Made by a program: the position numbers and the translations under genes. A stretch of 64,000 nt of DNA from an uncultured Thermoanaerobaculia bacterium (GTDB taxonomy: Bacteria > Acidobacteriota > Thermoanaerobaculia > Multivoradales > JAGPDF01): positions 362 through 64,361 of the forward strand of contig CAZQTL010000002.1 of the NCBI GenBank assembly GCA_964595975.1, read 5' to 3'. Within the stretch, counting starts at the first letter, position 1; each line of letters starts with the position of its first letter. Positions 58,665-64,000 of this stretch are shown here, piece after piece. Below the pieces are notes generated by a model. That model was not told the DNA's origin. It did no database searches and worked only from the letters and a program-made list of their open reading frames with translations.

Positions 58665-60006
58665 TCCCGGCGTGGCTCGCGTCGTAGCTGTGGAAGCGGG
58701 TCGTCTCGCCCTTGAAGACCAGCTGGACCGTGCCGGTCTCGCCGTTGCGGTGCTTGGCGATGATGAGCTCGGCGAGGCCCCGCACCGACGGGTCCTCCTT
58801 GTTGTAGACCTCGTCGCGGTAGATGAAGGCGACGAGGTCGGCGTCCTGCTCGATCGAGCCCGACTCGCGCAGGTCCGACAGCACCGGCCGGTGGTCGCCG
58901 CCGCGCTTCTCGGAGGCGCGCGAAAGCTGCGACAGCAGGATGATCGGAATGTCGAGCTCCTTGGCGAGCTGCTTGAACGCACGCGTGATCGCCGAGATCT
59001 CTAGGTTGCGGTTCTCGAAGCGGCCGCCGGCCTGCATGAGCTGCAGGTAGTCGACGACGAGGACTTCGAGCCCCTTTTCGGCTTTCAGCCGGCGCGCCTT
59101 CGAGGCCACCTCGAGCAGCGTCGGCGAGGCGGAGTCGTCGATGAACAAGGGCGCCTTGCCGATCTCGCCCATCTTCTGCACCACCTTCACCCACTGCTGC
59201 TGCGACAGGTGGCCCGAGCGGATGCGCGAGAAGAAGACATCCGCCTCGGCGCAGAGGATGCGCAGCGCGAGCTCCTGCTGCCCCATCTCGAGCGAGAAGA
59301 TGCCGACCGTCTTCTTCTCGCGGATCGCGACATGCGAGGCGATATTGAGCGCGAAGCTGGTCTTGCCCATGCCGGGGCGGCCGCCGATGATGATCAGCGT
59401 TCCCTTGCCGAGGCCGTGGGTCATGCGGTCGTAGTCGATGAAGCCCGAAGGGACGCCGGTGAGCGCGGCGCCGGGGTTCTCCTCGAGCATCTCGAGGGTC
59501 TCTTCGATGATGCGGTCGAACGGCACGAAGCCGCGCCGGACCGCCTCCTCGCCGAGCGCCATGACCGCCGACTCGGCGCGGTCGAGCGCCTTCTGCGCGT
59601 CGACGCCGCCATCGAGGCAGTCGCGGGTGATCTCGCGGCAGACATCGATGAGCCGCCGGCGGACCGAGCGTTCCTTGACGATCTCGACGTAGTGCTCGAA
59701 GCGGCCGAGGTCGGGCAGGTCGACATCCAGGCCCGCGAGGTAGGCGAGACCGCCGGCACTCTCGAGCGCCGCCTTCTGCTCCAGCTTCGCCTGCACGGTC
59801 CGCAGGTCGATCGAGACCTGGCTGTCCTGCAGGTCGAGCATGGTGGCGTAAATCAGGCGGTGCCGCTCGGTGTGAAAATCCTCCGCCTTGAGCCGTCCGG
59901 AGACCGACGGCAGGAGGCGCGGGTCGAGCAGCACCGCGGCCAGGACGGCGCGCTCCGACTCTTCGCTCTGCGGCATCGACTTGGGCGGCTTGAGCAACTC
60001 GAGCAT
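58651..60006 (-). CDS. dnaB: replicative DNA helicase DnaB
   Basis: N-terminal primase-interaction domain. RecA-like Walker A GGRPGMGKTSFALN, Walker B LVVDYLQLM. Arginine-finger region. Confidence 0.9.
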   Translation of the reverse strand: MLELLKPPKSMPQSEESERAVLAAVLLDPRLLPSVSGRLKAEDFHTERHRLIYATMLDLQDSQVSIDLRTVQAKLEQKAALESAGGLAYLAGLDVDLPDLGRFEHYVEIVKERSVRRRLIDVCREITRDCLDGGVDAQKALDRAESAVMALGEEAVRRGFVPFDRIIEETLEMLEENPGAALTGVPSGFIDYDRMTHGLGKGTLIIIGGRPGMGKTSFALNIASHVAIREKKTVGIFSLEMGQQELALRILCAEADVFFSRIRSGHLSQQQWVKVVQKMGEIGKAPLFIDDSASPTLLEVASKARRLKAEKGLEVLVVDYLQLMQAGGRFENRNLEISAITRAFKQLAKELDIPIILLSQLSRASEKRGGDHRPVLSDLRESGSIEQDADLVAFIYRDEVYNKEDPSVRGLAELIIAKHRNGETGTVQLVFKGETTRFHSYDASHAGSDVG

Positions 60007-60103
60007 GCGGCAGCTATCCTAGACCGAATCGGCCCGACCCAGAATCGCCTCCGGACCGCCTCCGGTGCTCTTTCTGCCGGGGCGGCCGCGGCACCCGAAC
60101 CCG

Positions 60104-60859
60104 CTAGCCCGGAGCGGCGGCGCGGGAGAGGAATCCACGCAGGCGGGCCTCGCTGCCGGGGCGCAGATCGACATAGCGCAGACCGATTCCCTCCTCGAGA
60201 CCGGGGCCTCCGGGGACGTGGCGTACGACCTCGGCGGAACCGGCGACGGCCTCACGCTCTCCGGGCAGCAGAAGCTCGAAAGTCAGCATCGTACCGAGGG
60301 GATAGCGCGCCTCGGTGCGCACGAACATGCCGCTGATGGACAGGTCGGCAGTCTGGCAGAGCGACTGGCCGTCGCCATCGCCCAGCCGCGCCTGCAGGCG
60401 CACCATCCGGCGCGAGGCGAGGCGCGGCGCGACGTGAAGCAGTCCGGCGGCGATCGCGCTAAGCACCTCGCCCGTCCGGTCCGCCGCGCGCACGAGGTCG
60501 GCGCCGTGACCGACGAGAAGGGCGGCTTCGGCGAGCCGGGCTTCGTCGGGCAGGAGGAGGATCTGACTCCCTGCACAGGGAGAGCCCCCCCTTCGCACCG
60601 CGGCCAGGAGCTCGCCCGCCTCCATGTCGGGCAGGGGAAAACGCACCAGGATGAGGTCGAAAGCGATTTCGGCACAGAGCAGCCTGCCGCTCCCCCCGCG
60701 CGGTACCCGGTCGACCTCGAAGTAGGAGCGATTGAGCAGCGCCTCGATCCGGCCGTAGAGCTCGGGCTCCAGACCCACCGCCAGGATGCGCCGCAGGCGC
60801 GACGACGGCGTCTCGCCGCCCGAACCCGACCCCGCTCCCGCCGTCGCTCGATCGACCAT
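60104..60859 (-). CDS. receiver-like (degenerate) domain plus PilZ domain protein
   Basis: 251 aa from MVDRATAGAG. N-terminal CheY-like fold: ILAVGLEPELYGRIEAL...FDLILVRFPLPDM, with the phospho-acceptor region altered. C-terminal PilZ signatures RRxxR (ASRRMVR) and D-S-SG-F (DLSISGMFV). Confidence 0.5.
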   Translation of the reverse strand: MVDRATAGAGSGSGGETPSSRLRRILAVGLEPELYGRIEALLNRSYFEVDRVPRGGSGRLLCAEIAFDLILVRFPLPDMEAGELLAAVRRGGSPCAGSQILLLPDEARLAEAALLVGHGADLVRAADRTGEVLSAIAAGLLHVAPRLASRRMVRLQARLGDGDGQSLCQTADLSISGMFVRTEARYPLGTMLTFELLLPGEREAVAGSAEVVRHVPGGPGLEEGIGLRYVDLRPGSEARLRGFLSRAAAPG

Positions 60860-60977
60860 CGCGCTCCGCTCGCCTCGCTCTCGCCGGTACCTTACAAGAT
60901 TCGAGCGCTCCGGGCGCCACGGACGGGCGCAGCCGGCGGCTATACTTCCCGAGCCGATTCCGCCTCCGGGAGGTCCC

Positions 60978-61844
60978 ATGCACGCCGTCCGTCTCGCCGC
61001 CTTCGCGACTCTCTGCACGACACTCGCGGCTCCCCTGCTCGCCGGCGAGGCCTCCGGCAAGTTCAGCGCCGGCAAGGAGATCATCGCGCCCAAGGTCGCG
61101 ACGGCGTACGAAGTCCGCGACCAGGCCGACGGGCGGAAGCGCTCGGTCGAGATTCTGCTGGCCGGGTCGGCGCTCGATCCGGCGCAGCTCGCCGGCGCTC
61201 TCGACCCGCATGTCCTGGCGATCAACTCCGAAGCGGCGAAGAGCAACTACATCCTGATCTGGGCGAATGCCGACGGCAGCGCCGCGATGAACGCCACCTT
61301 CGCCGAGACCATGTCGCAGTTCATCGACGACACGCGCGGCGGGCTCCAGGTCGAATGGACGGAGCGCACGCCGCAGCGCATCGCGGGCCGAGTGTGGTCG
61401 ACCAAGCCGGTGAAGCCGATGTCCGGCGACAGCTGGACGGTGGACGTCCGGTTCGCCGCCGACATCGTCCGCCCCGCGCCGGGGACCAGCCTTCCCGCGG
61501 ACGGCGGCGAGGCCGGGAAGGCGCTCGACGCGCTCTACCGGGCGGTCGGCAAGAAGGACATGGCGGGTATCCGGGCCGGGGTCACGCCGGAGAGCATGAG
61601 CTCGCTCGAGCACGACTACAACACGCCCGAGGAGAACCTCAAGGAGGCCGTCGAGATGCTCGGCGACTTCTGGCTGCCGAAGAAGCACAAAGTCACGGGC
61701 GGCGAGTTGCGCGGCGACGCGGCGATCCTCGAGGTCGAGGGCGAGCTCTATCCCGGCGCGAGGTGGCTCTTCCTGGTCAGGATGGTCCACGGCGCCGCCG
61801 GCTGGCAGTTCGCCGAGAAGGTCCCGGCGGGCCGGCTGGACTGA
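60978..61844 (+). CDS. hypothetical secreted protein
   Basis: 288 aa with signal peptide MHAVRLAAFATLCTTLAAPLLAGEA. No recognisable motifs. Confidence 0.45.
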   Translation: MHAVRLAAFATLCTTLAAPLLAGEASGKFSAGKEIIAPKVATAYEVRDQADGRKRSVEILLAGSALDPAQLAGALDPHVLAINSEAAKSNYILIWANADGSAAMNATFAETMSQFIDDTRGGLQVEWTERTPQRIAGRVWSTKPVKPMSGDSWTVDVRFAADIVRPAPGTSLPADGGEAGKALDALYRAVGKKDMAGIRAGVTPESMSSLEHDYNTPEENLKEAVEMLGDFWLPKKHKVTGGELRGDAAILEVEGELYPGARWLFLVRMVHGAAGWQFAEKVPAGRLD

Positions 61845-61856
61845 GCCCGAGCCCCG

Positions 61857-62897
61857 ATGAGCCTGCCCCGCGAGTTCGCCAGCGACAACACCGCCCCCGC
61901 CCATCCCGCGGTTCTCGAAGCGCTCGCCGCCGCGAACCACGGGCCGAGTCACGCCTATGGCGGCGATCCCTGGACGGCCCGCGCCGCCGACTGGTTCCGC
62001 GAGCAGTTCGGCCCCGGGACCGCGGCCTTTCCGGTGTGGAACGGCACCGGCGCCAACGTCCTCGCGCTGCGCGCCCTCACCCGCCCCTGGCAGGCGGTCG
62101 TCTGCACGGCGCAGGCACACATCCAGGCGGACGAGTGCGGCGCGACGGAGCTGCTCTCCGGCTGCAAGCTGATCGACCTTCCCACCGCCGACGCCAAACT
62201 CACGCCGGCGCTGCTGCGGGAGGCGATGCACGGGCGCGGCGACTTCCACCATGTGCAGCCGGCGGTGGTGTCGCTCACCCAGGTGACCGAGTACGGCACC
62301 GTGTACACGCGCGACGAGCTGGTGGCGCTGTGCGGCACGGCGCGCGAGCTGGGGCTGAGAGTTCATATGGATGGCGCCCGCATCGCCAACGCCGCCGCCG
62401 CTCTGGGACTGCCGCTGCGCGCGTTCACCCGCGACGCCGGCGTCGATGTCCTCTCCTTCGGCGGCACGAAGAACGGCGCCGTGGGCGCCGAGGCCGTGGT
62501 CGTCTTCGATCCGGCGCTCGCCGCCGAAATGCCCTTCCTGCGCAAGCAGTCGACGCAGCTCGCCTCGAAGATGCGCTTCCTCTCGGCGCAGTTCCTCGCC
62601 CTGGCCGAGGGCGACCTGTGGCTCGAGAACGCCCGCAACTCGAACGCCATGGCGCAGCGCCTCGCGGCTGGCGTGCGCGGGATCCCCGGGGTCGAGATCA
62701 CCCAGCAGGTCGAAGCCAGCGCCGTCTTCGCCACCCTGCCCCCCTCCGTCACCGCGCGCCTGCAGCGGGAGTTTCACTTCGACTACTGGAATCACTCGCC
62801 ACGCGAGGTGCGCTGGATGACCAGCTGGGCGACGAGCGCGGCCGACGTCGACGAGTTCGTCGCCGCGATCCGCAGGGAGATGGCGGCAGAAGGATGA
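61857..62897 (+). CDS. ltaE: low-specificity L-threonine aldolase (PLP-dependent)
   Basis: N-terminal FASDN. WNGTGANVLALRAL. PLP-Lys region SFGGTKNGAVG (FxxxKxG). Confidence 0.8.
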   Translation: MSLPREFASDNTAPAHPAVLEALAAANHGPSHAYGGDPWTARAADWFREQFGPGTAAFPVWNGTGANVLALRALTRPWQAVVCTAQAHIQADECGATELLSGCKLIDLPTADAKLTPALLREAMHGRGDFHHVQPAVVSLTQVTEYGTVYTRDELVALCGTARELGLRVHMDGARIANAAAALGLPLRAFTRDAGVDVLSFGGTKNGAVGAEAVVVFDPALAAEMPFLRKQSTQLASKMRFLSAQFLALAEGDLWLENARNSNAMAQRLAAGVRGIPGVEITQQVEASAVFATLPPSVTARLQREFHFDYWNHSPREVRWMTSWATSAADVDEFVAAIRREMAAEG

Positions 62898-62952
62898 TCC
62901 GGCACCGGTTCGGATCGGCACAGCCCGCCGGGCGAGGGCCGGAGCCGTCGTC

Positions 62953-64000
62953 ATGATGGCGTCCCAGCAGGCGCCGGCGGCGCGCTACCGGATCCTCCTT
63001 GCAGCGCTCCTCATCTCCGGATCGAGCGGCCTGGTCAATCAGATCGCATGGCAGCGAGCCGTCAAGATCTACCTCTCCAACAGCGAGACGCTCAGCTCCA
63101 TGATCGTCGTCCTGGTCTTCATGCTCGGTCTGGGGGCCGGTTCGATGGCTGCGGCGTCCTACAGCCCGCGGCTGCGCAATCCTCTGCGGGTCCTGGGGCT
63201 CATCGAGCTCTCCCTCGGTGCGGTGAATGCCGCGCTGCTCCTCGCCTTCGGCGAGAGTCTGCGGAGCACCGCTCGAACGATGCAGGCCGCGGCCATCGCC
63301 GCCGGCGTCTCGTCCACGGTGATCTACGCCGCCTTCTCCTTTGCCGTGCTCTTCATTCCCTGCTTCCTCATGGGCCTGACCATTCCCGTGGCGGCGGAGG
63401 CCGCTCAGCGCCAGCTCCTCACCTCGCGGTCGAAGGCGGTGGGCGAGTTCTTCGCGGTGAATACGCTCGGCGCCGTGCTGGGGACGGTCGGCTGCGGCTT
63501 CCTGCTGATGCCGGTCTTCGGGCAGGCGGCCTCGCTGACGGTCGCGGCGGGAGGGAACCTCTTCGCCGGATGCCTCCTGCTGGTCCTCGCGGGCCGCTCG
63601 CCGGCCCCGGCAGCGACCGCCGGAGCGGCACCGCCGGCTCCGGCTCCCCGGCGCACCGGATGGAGCGTCCGGGAGGAAGTGATCCTGGCCTTCGTTCTCG
63701 GCGCTCTGTCCCTGGGATACGAGATGTACCTCTTCCGCATCCTCGCCCTGGCCTACACGCCCCTGCCGTGGATTTTCTCGTTCGTCCTCTTCATGTTCCT
63801 TCTGTTCTGGTCCGCCGGCGTCTACGTCTCCGGCCGCTGGGCCGTCTCAACCACAGCCGCCCTTGCCCTGACGGCACTGACGATGGTGCTCTTGCCACTC
63901 GTGCTTTCCGCGCAACGCTCGCACGGCGTCGAGCTCGCGATCTGGGGCGGTGGACTGGTCTACTTCCTGCCGGCGCTGGGCTTCGGCGCGCTCTTCGGCA
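62953..64000 (+). CDS. polytopic membrane protein, N-terminal module of fused spermidine-synthase-like family (3' partial, runs off window)
   Basis: No stop before the window end. At least 8 TM helices. SGLVNQIAWQRAV resembles the conserved (A)LIYEVAWTR block at the N-terminus of membrane-fused spermine/spermidine synthase family proteins. Confidence 0.45.
   Translation, partial: MMASQQAPAARYRILLAALLISGSSGLVNQIAWQRAVKIYLSNSETLSSMIVVLVFMLGLGAGSMAAASYSPRLRNPLRVLGLIELSLGAVNAALLLAFGESLRSTARTMQAAAIAAGVSSTVIYAAFSFAVLFIPCFLMGLTIPVAAEAAQRQLLTSRSKAVGEFFAVNTLGAVLGTVGCGFLLMPVFGQAASLTVAAGGNLFAGCLLLVLAGRSPAPAATAGAAPPAPAPRRTGWSVREEVILAFVLGALSLGYEMYLFRILALAYTPLPWIFSFVLFMFLLFWSAGVYVSGRWAVSTTAALALTALTMVLLPLVLSAQRSHGVELAIWGGGLVYFLPALGFGALFG

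Noticed and set aside
60007-60103. DnaA boxes / origin-like element upstream of dnaB
   Set aside because: No TTATNCACA-like 9-mers or AT-rich unwinding element are present in the spacer. It is GC-rich and likely just the dnaB promoter region.

Overview
This is a very GC-rich (about 70%) bacterial chromosomal segment with dense coding on both strands. I support 52 protein-coding genes. Neighbouring genes frequently overlap at ATGA or GTGA start/stop junctions, which suggests long, translationally coupled operons. I could not support any rRNA, tRNA, CRISPR array, integrase, transposase or prophage gene. The window reads as core chromosome rather than a mobile island.

Recognisable housekeeping genes include dnaB, alr, mlaFED plus an MCE-domain protein, radA, murJ, trmL, speA, malQ, moaA, purC and lhr. 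Also present are a rhodanese/SufE pair, a tripartite MacAB-like exporter with two permeases, a molybdopterin oxidoreductase, a GH38 alpha-mannosidase, a Ser/Thr kinase and several TPR proteins. The long ORFs in the track that lie antisense to these genes are compositional artefacts of the high GC content.

The candidates for an undescribed system, all inference from sequence:
1. A 668-aa protein whose C-terminus carries a divergent class III cyclase / GGDEF-like nucleotidyl-cyclase fold. It is followed closely by purC and a stand-alone EAL phosphodiesterase, and sits divergent from a GT2/GT4 glycosyltransferase pair.
2. A secretion/processing module on the minus strand: an unknown membrane-anchored protein, a rhomboid protease with an upstream zinc ribbon that has no canonical start codon, an ABC exporter joined to it by an ATGA overlap, and a secreted protein with a Pro/Ala-rich linker and a Cys-rich C-terminal domain.
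3. A translationally coupled cytochrome c - MMPL transporter - UbiA prenyltransferase - secreted helical protein - SAM methyltransferase operon, suggesting prenylated-quinone or lipid synthesis and export.

All functional calls rest on motif recognition by eye. No database searches were run.
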